Shown: positions 1 to 10,980 of the stretch, in pieces
Position numbering within the stretch: position 1 is the stretch's first letter
How the letters are laid out: the number at the start of each line of letters is the position of its first letter
From: Phyllobates terribilis
Lineage: Eukaryota
DNA: 64,000 nucleotides
Direction: 5' to 3'
NCBI RefSeq assembly: GCF_046119375.1
Contig: NW_027362768.1
Span: 145,390,001-145,454,000 of the forward strand
The notes under the pieces: model-generated
Told to the model about the DNA's origin: nothing
Database searches by the model: none
The model's input: the letters and a program-made list of their open reading frames with translations, nothing else
Made by a program: the position numbers and the translations under genes

Positions 1-1017
1 ATCGCTTTCTATTCCGTTTTTTGGGAGGTAAAATTAACATAAACCAACAATTCAGGAATTGCTTTTTGAGGGTTTTTTTTATGCCGTTCTGCGTGTGGTA
101 AAAGTGATCAGGCTGCGTTATTCTTCGGGTCAGTACGATTACAGCGATACTACACTTACTGTATTTTTTTTTATGTTTTGGCGCTTTTACACAATAAAAC
201 AATTTTATAGAAAAAAATATTTTTTTTGCATTGCTTTATTCTGAGCGCTATAACTTTTTTATTTTTCGGCTGATGGAGCTGTATGGCGGCTTTTTTTTTG
301 TGGAACAAGATGACGTTTTCAGCGGTACCATTTTTATTTCTATTTTGCTTTTTGATCGCATTTTTGGTTTTGTAAAAATATACGGATTTATTGGTTTAAT
401 ATTTTATTTATTTATTTTTATTTATTTTGTGATTTTTTTTTTAACAGTTTAAAAACATTTTTTTTTTACTTTTTTTTACATTTTTACTTAGTCCCTGTAT
501 GGGACATTAATTTTTATTTTTCTGATCACTGATCTCATGTAATGTAATAGACATGTATTACATTACATGAGATCTTCGCTGACTGTTTCACAGTCAGAGT
601 CTCCTGCCTGGCTTCAGCTGCAGGCTGAGCCAGGCAGGACACCATATATGGCAGATCTGGAGGCGGTCATGTGACCTCCAGCTGCCAAAGCAACCCCAGG
701 TCCTGGAAGGTATCAGGGGTCGTCGGAGAGGTAAGTAAGACGACCCCCTCTCCTCTGTCTATCTTCTATATGCCGCGATCACTATAGATCGCGGCATATA
801 GAACATAGCAAAGGGTTAACATCACTGGGACCTGATCCAATCAGGTCCCGATGATGTCCCCTGTCAGAGCTAACGCTCTGCACCGGAATCGCAGCGCTTG
901 CAGGACCCTGGGGGTCCTGAGCGCTGCGAGACCACCCACCGTTTTTAAACATCGGCGCTGCACAGAGCCCAGCAAGCGCCGACGTTTATCTACAGTGGGC
1001 GGTCGGGAACCGGTTAA
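1..1017 (-). mobile_element. Non-autonomous piggyBac-like MITE, one end only (runs off window start)
   Basis: Ends ...GGGAACCGG|TTAA (TTAA 1014-1017). The reverse complement of ~830-1017 is closely similar to the left end of the piggyBac at 28246-28430. Confidence 0.65.
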
Positions 1018-1020
1018 GCT

Positions 1021-1690
1021 AAGAAGAGTACCATCATTTCTGTCCAGGCCTATTTCATGAGTTTAATTCTTTTAAAAATTCTGTGGAAGCAGGGATGAAA
1101 AGCAATGTCTGACCTTCATTTGTTCATTTTCATAGATTTTTAATTTATTATTACCTTGATCAGATTCAAGTTATTTCTGTGACCATTGTGGGTTTTGCTT
1201 TCATTAAACGAGGGGTACCAACAATTTTGACCACGTGTGTAGGTAAAGGTAATATACCATACAACAAAATTCAATAGTGAGACCACAAGTAATTACCTAG
1301 GGCAAATGCCAGCCACTGCAGGGACTCCAACTTATTGTGCGTCCACCCCAATGTGCATTTCGGCATGAGCCTTTCTCAAGGGGCCCTTGGCAATTCTGGT
1401 ATTTTCTTGCAAATGCCAATTGAGTTGCACAATACTGGGCTGTGAGTATTGGTCCCAGTACAGGACATTGAATCCTCATGCCACCCTCATGAAGTCTGTT
1501 TCTAACAGTTTGGTCATAAGCATGCACACCAGTAGCCCACTGGAGGTCATTTTATAAGATACTGGTAATGCTCCTTCTGTTCCTCCTCACATAAAGTAGA
1601 TAATAGCCATGCTGCTGGGTTGATACCCCTATAGAGCCCTGCACAGCCCCTCTACACAGAAGACTTGCTAAAGTTCTTGATGGATATGTA
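1021..1690. mobile_element. Tc1/mariner remnants (terminal fragment plus transposase N-terminal remnant)
   Basis: TIR-like end GGTACCAACAATTTTGACCACGTGTG|TA at ~1214-1241. The minus-strand STQQHGYYLLYVRRNRRS resembles [18 protein letters not shown] of the Tc1 at 2774-3910. Confidence 0.6.
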
Positions 1691-2050
1691 TACCACTGGG
1701 AGGCACAGATCTTGGTAGTTATACCACTGGGACGCACAGATCTTGGCAGTTATACCGCTAGAAAATACAGATCTTAGCAGTTATACCACTGGGAGGCACA
1801 GATCTTAGCAGTTATACCACTGGGAGGCATAGATCTTGGTAGTTATACCACTGGGAGGCATAGATCTTAGCAGTTATACTACTGGGAGGCATAGATCTTC
1901 GCAGTTCTACTACTGGGAGGCATAGATCTTAGCAGTTATACTACTGGGAGGCATAGATCTTGGCAGTTATACTACTGGGAGGCATAGATCTTAGCAGTTA
2001 TACCACTGGGAGACCTAGATCTTGGCAGTTATACCATTGGGAGGCACAGT
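1691..2050. repeat. 31-bp minisatellite, ~11 copies
   Basis: Unit TACCACTGGGAGGCATAGATCTTAGCAGTTA; period 31 (1691, 1722, ...). Confidence 0.9.
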
Positions 2051-2724
2051 TACATACAACAGCAAAATCTCTTCAACACAAGCAACAGGCGGGTTTCACA
2101 AGCAGCACACAGCCCAGAAGCATTGGGTTTTCATTACACAGCACATCTTGCAGTATATCACACTCAGAACAGTCTGCAATATCTTTTAAAGGAACAGTCC
2201 ACAATGTTGCTAAGTCTCCGGAGGCTATTCAAAGTATGTATTTCTCTCAAACACACCTGGCTGTTATCATACAGCCAATTCCTGATACATGCCACTATCA
2301 ATGATTAACAATAGCATTTAAATGGTTAAACACCAGCGATCGATGACAGCTCCAGTCATTACTGTCACAGACAGGTAGGTGGATCACAGCCTGCATTTGC
2401 CCAGAATGGAGCAGGTTCAACTCCTGAGCACGCTTCATGCGTTCACACGCTGACAGTGATGTAGAATTACGCCAAGGGGCTCAAAGGGATTAAATGGGAC
2501 ATAACATCCTACATTCTAATTTACAAAGTGTCAGCACCTCCCATTTTTACTTGCTTCTTTCTATTTTGACCTTGCTGTCTAGGCTCATGAACAATTAAAT
2601 CATGACTAGCCATTTCTGCATTTCTTTACACACTGTAGAACAAGCTTGCAGAACAGTTTTATTTCAATAACACTTGAGTTATTCACACTGCAAACACAAT
2701 TTCCATAACATGTTAAAAGAAGAT

Positions 2725-2727
<3 letters not shown>

Positions 2728-2773
<46 letters not shown>
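2728..2773. repeat. (TA)23 microsatellite abutting Tc1 terminus
   Basis: Direct reading; the last TA is the Tc1 target dinucleotide. Confidence 0.95.
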
Positions 2774-2776
<3 letters not shown>

Positions 2777-3910
2777 TGCTCAAAAAAATAAAGGGAACAC
2801 TCAAATAACACATCCTAGATCTGAATGAATTAAATATTCTCATTGAATACTTTGTTCTGTAGAAAGTTGAATGTGCTGACAACAAAATCACACAAAAATC
2901 ATCAATGGAAATCACATTTATTAACCAATGGAGGCCTGGATTTGGAGTCACCCCCAAAATTAAAGTGGAAAAACACACTACAGGCTGATCCAACTTTGAT
3001 GTAATGTCCTTAAAACAAGTCAAAATGAGGCTCAGTATTGTGTGTGGCCTCCACGTGCCTGTATGACCTCCATACAACGCCTGGGCATGCTCCTGATGAG
3101 GTTGCGGATGGTCTCCTGTGGGATGTCCTCCCAGACCTGGACTAAAGCATCCGCCAACTCCTGGACAGTCTGTGGTGCAACGTGACGTTGGTGGATGGAG
3201 CGAGACATAATGTCCCAGATGTGCTCAATCGGTTTCAGGTCTGGGGAACGGGCGGGCCAATCCATAGCTTCAATGCCTTCATCTTGCAGGAACTGCTGAC
3301 ACACTCCAGCCACATGAGGTCTGGCATTGTCCTACATTAGGAGGAACCCAGGGCCAACTGCACCAGCATATGGATGGTCTCACAAGGGGTCTGAGGATCT
3401 CATCTCGGTACTTAGTGGCAGTCAGGCTACCTCTGGCTCGCACATGGAGGGCTGTGCGGCCCTCCAAAAAAATGCCACCCCACACCATTACCGACCCACT
3501 GCCAAACCGGTCATGCTGAAGGATATTGCAGGTAGCAGATCGCTCTCCACAGCATCTCCAGACTCTGTCATGTCTGTCACATGTACTCAGTGTGAACCTG
3601 CTTCCATCTGTGAATAGCACAGGGCGCCAATTTGTGGCCTACTGGAGGTCATTTTGCAGGGTTCTGGCAGTGCTTCTCCTGTTCCTCCTTGCACAAAGGC
3701 GGAGGTAGCGGTCCTGCTGCTCGGTTGTTGCTCTCCTACAGCCCCCTCCACGTCTCCTGGTGTACTGGCCTCTTTCCTGGTAGCGCCTCCAGCCTCTGGA
3801 CACTACGCTGACAGACACAGCAAACCTTCTTGCCACAGCTCGCATTGATGTGCCATCCTGGATGAGCTGCACTACCTGAGCAACTTCTGTGGCTTGTAGA
3901 GTCCGTCTCA
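2774..3910 (-). mobile_element. Tc1 transposon, degenerate and truncated at its start codon
   Basis: TIR CACTGCTCAAAAAAATAAAGGGAACAC after TA. Split transposase on -: HTH region ([14 protein letters not shown]), LFTDGSRF, VMVWGGI, WPARSPDLKPIEHIWD. Frameshifts and an internal deletion near 3630. Confidence 0.9.
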
Positions 3911-4423
3911 CCTGGGAGCGCTCATCTGCCGCCTGTCTGTTGGTCTTCCTGGAGGCTCCGCAGTCACATGCTGTGACCACCCGTTCATCCAGAGACTCTC
4001 GCCTGCTCACCTGGGAGCTCACGTCTATCATCAGCCGCCACAGGTCGTACCAACCCTTTACCTAGAGACTGCCCCGGTCACTTGCCGTGACCATCTGCCC
4101 GTTCATCCAGAGACTGCCCCGGTCACTTGCCGTGACCATCTGCCCGTTCATCCAGAGACTGCCCCGGTCACTTGCCGTGACCATCTGCCCGTTCATTCAG
4201 AGACTGCCCCGGTCACTTGCCGTGACCATCAGCCCGTTCATCCAGAGACTGCCCCGGTCACTTGCCGTGACCTCCAGCCCGTTCACTCAGAGACTGTCCC
4301 GGTCACCTGCTGTGACCTCCTGCCCGTCTTCCCTGGTCGCCACCCGCTCCCTTACAAGGACTGCCCCCTTGTATAGTAGCTCAGAGGTTCCGCCTCCCAG
4401 ACCCATTACAGTTTGCTCGGGCC

Positions 4424-5374
4424 ATGGAACCCGGTGGCACCCAAGCTCCCTCGCTCTCGGACCTGTGTCATGAACTGTCCCGTCAAAGGTCCCAACAGGA
4501 GTCCATCCTGGGTCACCTGCGGAATGTCAATACTCGCCTGGACACTCTGACTGCTCCACCAGCAACCTCCGCCAGTGCCATGTCTCGCAATCCGGCAGCT
4601 CCGCTGCCCACTAATACCATGGTATCCTACCCCGGACACCGGCTTTCTGCACCTCCTCGCTTCGGAGGCGACTCCGCCCAGGCTCGGGGCTTCATAAATC
4701 AGTGCACCCTGCACTTTGAACTATTGTCCCACCAGTTTAACTCCGACCGGGCCAAAATTGTATTCATCATGTCCCATCTCACCGGGGAGGCCCTGGCCTG
4801 GCTAAATCCTCTATGGGAGAGAGGAGACCTCCTGGTGTCCAACTTGCCTGCTTTTCTCACGGCTTTCCGGAAAGTCTTCGACGAACCCGGACGGAAGACC
4901 TCATCCGCATCATCACTGCTACGCCTCCGTCAGGGAAGTCTCACCGTGGGCCAATATGCCATACGGTTCCGTACCCTTGCCTCGGAGCTGGCCTGGGATA
5001 ACGACGCTCTGGTATCCGTCTTCTGGGAGGGTCTGTCCGGCCGTATTAAAGATGAACTTGCCGGTCGGGACATTCCTACCACTCTCGATGACCTAATAAC
5101 TCTTGCCACCCGGATTGACCTACGGTTCCAGGAGCGTGCCAAAGAGGTCACCCGTGAGAGGAGGTTACCATGTCTAGCTCCTACTTTTCAGAAACCCGTC
5201 ACTCCCTCCGTCTCTACCCAGGTACACTCTCCTGAGTCTATGCAGGTTGACCAGACCAAGATGGTCAAAACCCGTCAGGACTTACGCCGTGCCGAAGGGA
5301 GCTGCTTCTTCTGTGGCAGTAAGGAGCACCGGATCCGTGCCTGCCCGGAGAGGTCGGGAAACGCCTGTGTCTAG
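4424..5374 (+). CDS. Gypsy Gag (316 aa)
   Basis: Retrotransposon-gag core (PPRFGGD...RGFINQC; LRQGSLTVGQYAIRF) and CCHC knuckle CFFCGSKEHRIRAC; ATG directly after the PBS. Confidence 0.95.
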   Translation: MEPGGTQAPSLSDLCHELSRQRSQQESILGHLRNVNTRLDTLTAPPATSASAMSRNPAAPLPTNTMVSYPGHRLSAPPRFGGDSAQARGFINQCTLHFELLSHQFNSDRAKIVFIMSHLTGEALAWLNPLWERGDLLVSNLPAFLTAFRKVFDEPGRKTSSASSLLRLRQGSLTVGQYAIRFRTLASELAWDNDALVSVFWEGLSGRIKDELAGRDIPTTLDDLITLATRIDLRFQERAKEVTRERRLPCLAPTFQKPVTPSVSTQVHSPESMQVDQTKMVKTRQDLRRAEGSCFFCGSKEHRIRACPERSGNACV

Positions 5375-8300
5375 GTTCGCTCAGAGAGGTCAACCTAGAC
5401 AAGAATAAATCCTCTCCATCTCTGCTGCTGTCAGTCTCAATCGTCTGCGTGGAGAACCGTTATTTCGAACTAGCCCAACTTGACTCTGGAGCAGCCGGGA
5501 ATCTTATTTCACAGTCCCTGGTAGAGAAATACCGCATCCCCACCAAACCTCTGGCTGTACCCTTGTCTGTTGCTGCCGTGGATGGGGGCCTCTTACCACG
5601 CCCCACCCAACTCATCACCGAATCCATTACTCTGCAGGTGGGAATGCTGCATTCTGAGAGTATCTCCTTTCATGTTCTGCCTGGACTCTCTCACGCCCTC
5701 TTGCTAGGCCTACCTTGGCTCCAGAGACATGCACCCGTGCTTGACTGGCAGACCAGAGAAGTCCTTCGCTGGGGACAGGACTGCCATAATACCTGTCTGG
5801 TTCCCGTCCATCCCGTCCGTCCTTCTCCTACCCCAGCTAATCTACCTGGACTTCCGATTCCTTATTGGTCTTATGCTGATGTCTTTAATAAAAAGGAAGC
5901 AGAGACACTACCTCCTCATAGACCATACGACTGCCCTATCGACCTGTTACCTGGTACTACTCCTCCCCGTGGGCGTATTTATCCTTTATCCGCTGCTGAG
6001 ACCTGGTCGATGTCCGAATATATTGAGGAGAATCTGGCCAGGGGATTCATCCGGAAATCTACCTCCCCGGCGGGAGCAGGCTTCTTTTTCGTCAAAAAGA
6101 AGGACGGCTCTCTCCGTCCCTGTATAGACTATAGAGGCCTTAACCAGATCACAGTGAAGAATAAGTACCCCCTTCCGCTCATTCCGGAGTTATTTGATCG
6201 TCTGAGGGGGGCTAGAATCTTCACCAAACTGGACCTCCGTGGGGCGTACAACCTGGTTCGTATCCGTCAGGGGGATGAATGGAAGACGGCATTCAACACC
6301 CGGGACGGCCACTATGAATATCTGGTAATGCCCTTTGGCCTCTGTAACGCTCCTGCCGTCTTTCAAGAGTTGGTCAATGACATCTTCCGGGACCTTCTCT
6401 ACTCCTGCGTAGTGGTGTACCTGGACGACATCTTGGTCTTCTCTCCGGATCTCCAGACTCACCGGAGGGATGTTCGTCAGGTCCTGCTCAGGCTCAGGCA
6501 GAACCATCTCTACGCTAAATATGAGAAGTGCCTCTTTGAGCAGACCTCGCTTCCGTTTCTGGGCTACATTATCTCTCAGACCGGCCTACAAATGGATCCT
6601 GAGAAACTGTCTGCCATCGAGAAATGGCCCCGACCAGAGGGATTGAAAGCTATTCAACGGTTCCTGGGCTTCGCCAACTATTACCGCCTCTTCATCCCGC
6701 ACTTCTCTTCCCGGACTGCCCCAATTTCCGCGCTCACCCGTAAGGGTACTAATCCCAAAGAGTGGCCGCCCGAAGCAGAGGAGGCCTTTCTTTCCCTAAA
6801 ACAGGCCTTCTCTTCCGCCCCGGTGCTGCATCGCCCGGACGGCAACAAGCAGTTCTTCCTGGAAGTTGACGCCTCCTCCTCTGGAGCCGGAGCGGTACTT
6901 ACTCAAAAATCATCTTCCGGGAGAATGGTAACTTGTGGCTTCTTCTCCAAACTCTTCTCCTCTTCTTAGCGCAACTATTCCATAGGAGACCGAGAGTTAT
7001 TGGCCATCAAGCTGGCGTTGGAGGAGTGGCGTTACCTACTCGAGGGGGCTCTTCATCCGGTAATAATTTACACTGACCACAAGAACTTGGCTTACCTCCA
7101 GCATGCCCAGAGACTTAACCCGCGCCAAGCCCGGTGGTCCTTGTTTTTTGCTCGCTTTGATTTTGTTCTTCATTTTCGCCCGGCTGACAAAAACGTCAAA
7201 GCAGACGCCTTGTCCCGATCCTTTCTGGTGTCCGATCTCGAGGAAGAACCTAAACATATCATCGATCCCGCCAGAGTAATGCAGGTGGCTCCCGTGAGTC
7301 TAAATCGTCTCCCTCCCGGTAAGACGTTTGTTTCAGTACCTGATCGGGAGAAGATCCTACACTGGGGCCATTCGTCTAAACTAGCTGGCCACGCCGGTCA
7401 GAAAAAGACCCTCCAGCTTATTGCCCGGCACTATTGGTGGCCTACCCTGCACAAGGACATAATAGACTTTGTTTCTGCCTGTGTGTCCTGCGCCCGCAAC
7501 AAAGTCCCGAGACATCTGCCAGCCGGACGCCTCCTTCCGCTTCCTGTACCTGCTGCCCCCTGGCAGCATATAGCAATGGACTTTATAACCGATCTCCCCG
7601 TCTCTGCCGGTTGTACGGTCATTTGGGTTGTCGCTGACCGCTTTTCCAAGATGGCTCACTTTATTCCCCTGCCAGGCCTTCCGTCTGCACCCGAGCTGGC
7701 TAAAGACTTTATCCGCCACATCTTCCGTCTTCATGGCCTGCCCCTCCACATCGTGTCGGATCGTGGGGTACAGTTCACCTCACGTTTCTGGAGAGCCACT
7801 TGTAAACTACTAGACGTCACCCTGGACTTCTCTTCCGCTTACCACCCACAGTCCAATGGTCAAGTGGAGCGGATCAATCAGAATCTGACCAGTTACCTCC
7901 GGCACTTCGTTAATGCCCACCATTCTGACTGGGTGGATCTCCTACCATGGGCCGAGTTCTCTTATAATAATCACGAGAGCGAATCCTCCTCCAAATCCCC
8001 GTTTTTTGTAGTCTTTGGTCAGCATCCTCGGATTCCTTTTCCTGTCTCCACCTCTGTGGACAACCCGGCTGCGGAATCTCTCGTTAGCAAATTTTCCTCC
8101 ATATGGGAGAGTACCCGGTCCGCACTCCTTCTGTCATCCGAGCGTATGAAAAGACACGCTGACAAAAAACGCCTGGATCCTCCACAATTTCGTCCAGGAG
8201 ATAAAGTCTGGCTCTCATCTAAATATGTTCGACTCAAGAAACCTTCTTACAAGTTAGGGCCTCGGTTCATCGGTCCTCTGGAGGTCATCAGTCAGATCAA

Positions 8301-8628
8301 CCCGGTGGCCTATAAATTGAAACTCCCGGCCAACTTACGGATCCCTAACTCCTTCCATGTATCTCTCCTCAAACCCGTGGTGCTTAACTCTTTTTCCAAG
8401 TCTACAGGTACGCCTCCTGCTCCGGTTTCTGCTGAGGACGAGTTTGAGGTAGAGAACATTCTTGCCACCAAAAGGGTAAGAGGAAAGACCTTTTTTCTGG
8501 TAGATTGGAAGGGGTTTGGTCCTGAGGAGAGAACGTGGGAGCCCCGGGAGAACATCCATGCCCCTCTCATCCTAGCTAAATTTCTATCTGGCCTAAAAAA
8601 GGGGGGCCTAAAGGGGGGGGTACTGTAG
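5356..8628 (+). pseudogene. Gypsy Pol (protease-RT-RNaseH-integrase-chromodomain), -1 frame to gag, one premature TAG at 6967-6969
   Basis: LDSGA protease, YLDD RT, VDASS RNase H, H..H/C..C zinc finger, DDE core, GPL (GPY/F-like), chromodomain FEVENIL...FLVDWKGFGPEERTWEP. ORFs 5449-6969 and 7000-8628 are in the same frame. Confidence 0.93.
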
Positions 8629-9845
8629 TGCCGGCGTCCCTGCCCTCTGCTAGGCAGGGACGCTGTTCCCCTCACCGCTCTGCTCCGTGCCCGGCGTCCC
8701 TCTCCCGCTCTGCTGGCAGCGCGCGCTCCTTCCCGGCCACTGTGCTTAGGGCGCGCGCGCGCGCCCTCCCTCCCTCTTAAAGGGGCCGCGCGCGCCGTCC
8801 TAAGGAGTCCCCGGCCAATGGCCGGAGGACTTTACCATATATAAGGCACCTCCTCCAAAATGGAGGTGCCCGAGCAATGTTGTTGCACTGTTCACTACTC
8901 TGCTTCAGCCCTCAGGTCCCGTTGCCAGTTACCTGCCAGTTACCTGCCAGATTCCTGCCTGATTATCTGCTACCTGCCTGCTAGTCTGAGGTCCGACGGT
9001 CTGCCTTACTACTCCTGTCAGTCTGTCTAAGGACCAGCCTGCCCGCTCACCTGGGAGCGCACATCAGCCACCTGCCTGCTTGCCTGAGGTCCGACGGTCT
9101 GCCTTCCAACTTCTGTCAGTCTGTCTATGGACCAGCTTGCCCGCTCACCTGGGAGCACACACCTGCTACCTGCCTGCTAGTCTACCTGGAGGCTCCGCCG
9201 TCACGTGCTGTGACCACCTGCCTGTCCAGTGACTCCTGCTCGCTCACCTGGGAGCGCTCATCTGCTGCCTGTCTGCTAGCCTACCTGGAGGCTCTGCCGT
9301 CACGTGCTGTGACCACCCGCCTGTCCAGAGACTTCTGCCCGCTCACCTGGGAGCGCTCATCTGCCGCCTGTCTGTTGGTCTTCCTGGAGGCTCCGCCGTC
9401 ACATGCTGTGACCACCCGTTCATCCAGAGACTCTCGCCTGCTCACCTGGGAGCTCACGTCTATCATCAGCCGCCACAGGTCGTACCAACCCTTTACCTAG
9501 AGACTGCCCCGGTCACTTGCCGTGACCATCTGCCCGTTCATCCAGAGACTGCCCCGGTCACTTGCCGTGACCATCAGCCCGTTCATTCAGAGACTGCCCC
9601 GGTCACTTGCCGTGACCATCTGCCCGTTCATTCAGAGACTGCCCTGGTCACTTGTCGTGACCATCAGCCCGTTCATCTAGAGACTGCCCCGGTCACTTGC
9701 CGTGACCTCCAGCCCGTTCACTCAGAGACTGTCCCGGTCACCTGCTGTGACCTCCTGCCCGTCTTCCCTGGTCGCCACCCGCTCCCTTACAAGGACTGCC
9801 CCCTTGTATAGTAGCTCAGAGGTTCCGCCTCCCAGACCCGTTACA
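8624..9845 (+). repeat. 3' LTR (1222 bp) with CCAAT 8815-8819, TATATAA 8838-8844 and internal tandem arrays
   Basis: Begins TGTAG after PPT+TAC and ends TTACA; contains ~100-bp and 45-bp internal repeats. Confidence 0.93.
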
Positions 9846-9989
9846 GAATAAAATATAACATTACTTTTATCACACATATAAATAGAACATATTATCACAT
9901 CACACTAAATATATACAACCCTTCTGTTGCCACGACGTCTTCATTTTCATTTTCTCTCTGCCACCCCCCTACATGGGGTCAGAAAACCA

Positions 9990-10980
9990 GTCAGTATCTG
10001 GTGTGACCACTATTTGCCTCACACAGTGCAACACATCTCTTTCGCATAGAGTTGATCAGGTTGTTGATTGTGGTCTGTGGAATGTTGGTCCACTCCTCTT
10101 CAATGGCTGTGCAAAGTTGCTGGATATTGGCAGGAACTTGAACATGCTGTCATATCTGCTGATCCCGGGCATCCCAAACATGCTCAGTGGGTGACATGTC
10201 CAGTGAGTATGCTCGCCAAGCAAGAACTGAGATGTTTTCAGCTTCCAGAAATTGTGTACAGATCCTTGCATCATGGGGACGTGCATTATCATGCTGCAAT
10301 AAGGTGATGGTCGTGAATGATTGGCACAACAGTGGGTCTCGGGATCTATCTCTGTGCATTCAAAATGGCATCAAACCTGTGTTCGCTGGCTATAACATAT
10401 GCCTGCCCACACTATAACCCCACTGCAACCATGGGCCACTCGATTCACAACATTGACATCAGCAAACCGCTCACCCACACGAAAACATATACACAGTCTG
10501 CTATCTGCCCTGTACAGTGAAAACCAGTATTCATCCGTGAAGAGAACCCCTGTCATGCATCAGGATTCGATCTGGCAGTCCTGTGCTTTTCTGTCAGCTT
10601 CTCTGTCTGCTGAGCCACAAGAGATCCTGTTGGCATCTGGGTGTTAATTACCTTTTGCCTTTTGTCCACTCCTTTCTTACAGCAGGTGTTCTCCATTTGC
10701 TATCTAGCCTAGCCTATCACACTGCAGGTTCTTCTATTTAAACCTCACTCCTGCTTCTGTTCTCTGCTGGTGATAGAGTTTCATTTAGATGAAAACTACG
10801 AGCATGCAGATGAGCTTGCCTGAGATGGTGTCTGACAGTTTGTGCAGAAATTCTTTGGTTATGCAAACCGATAGTTGAAGCAGCTGTCCGGGTGGCTGGT
10901 GTTAGACGATTATGGAGGTGAAGATGCTGGATGTTGAGGTCCAAGACTGGTGTGGATACACATGGTCTGCGGTTGTGAGG
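9990..10980 (-). mobile_element. Degenerate Tc1 transposase remnant, interrupted at ~10551-10790 by an LTR-like fragment
   Basis: Minus-strand VLFTDEY.FSLYRAD, VIVWAGI, LQHDNARPH, W.AYSLDMSPTEHVWD. The interruption starts TGTCATG. Confidence 0.8.

Larger units (their letters stand above)
3911..9845 (+). mobile_element. Gypsy chromovirus (Sushi/Tf1-like) LTR retrotransposon, near-intact, 5' LTR truncated
   Basis: 5' LTR remnant 3911-4410 matches 9346-9845 (7 differences in 500 bp). Full 3' LTR 8624-9845 (TG...CA), PPT 8610-8620, gag and pol with chromodomain. Confidence 0.97.

Noticed and set aside
851-1060. Similar short ORFs at 851-1060 (+) and 28206-28463 (-) suggesting a duplicated small gene
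   Set aside because: Both are translations of the same non-coding piggyBac terminal sequence.
4087-4473. Repetitive ORF (TICPFIQRLPRSLAV)n
   Set aside because: Product of the 45-bp LTR array (multiple of 3); no coding evidence.
6967-6969. Programmed stop-codon readthrough in pol
   Set aside because: The TAG falls inside a conserved RNase H segment where a sense codon is expected; a simple nonsense mutation is more parsimonious.
9847-9852. AATAAA immediately after the 3' LTR
   Set aside because: Lies in AT-rich flanking DNA outside the element; chance occurrence is likely.
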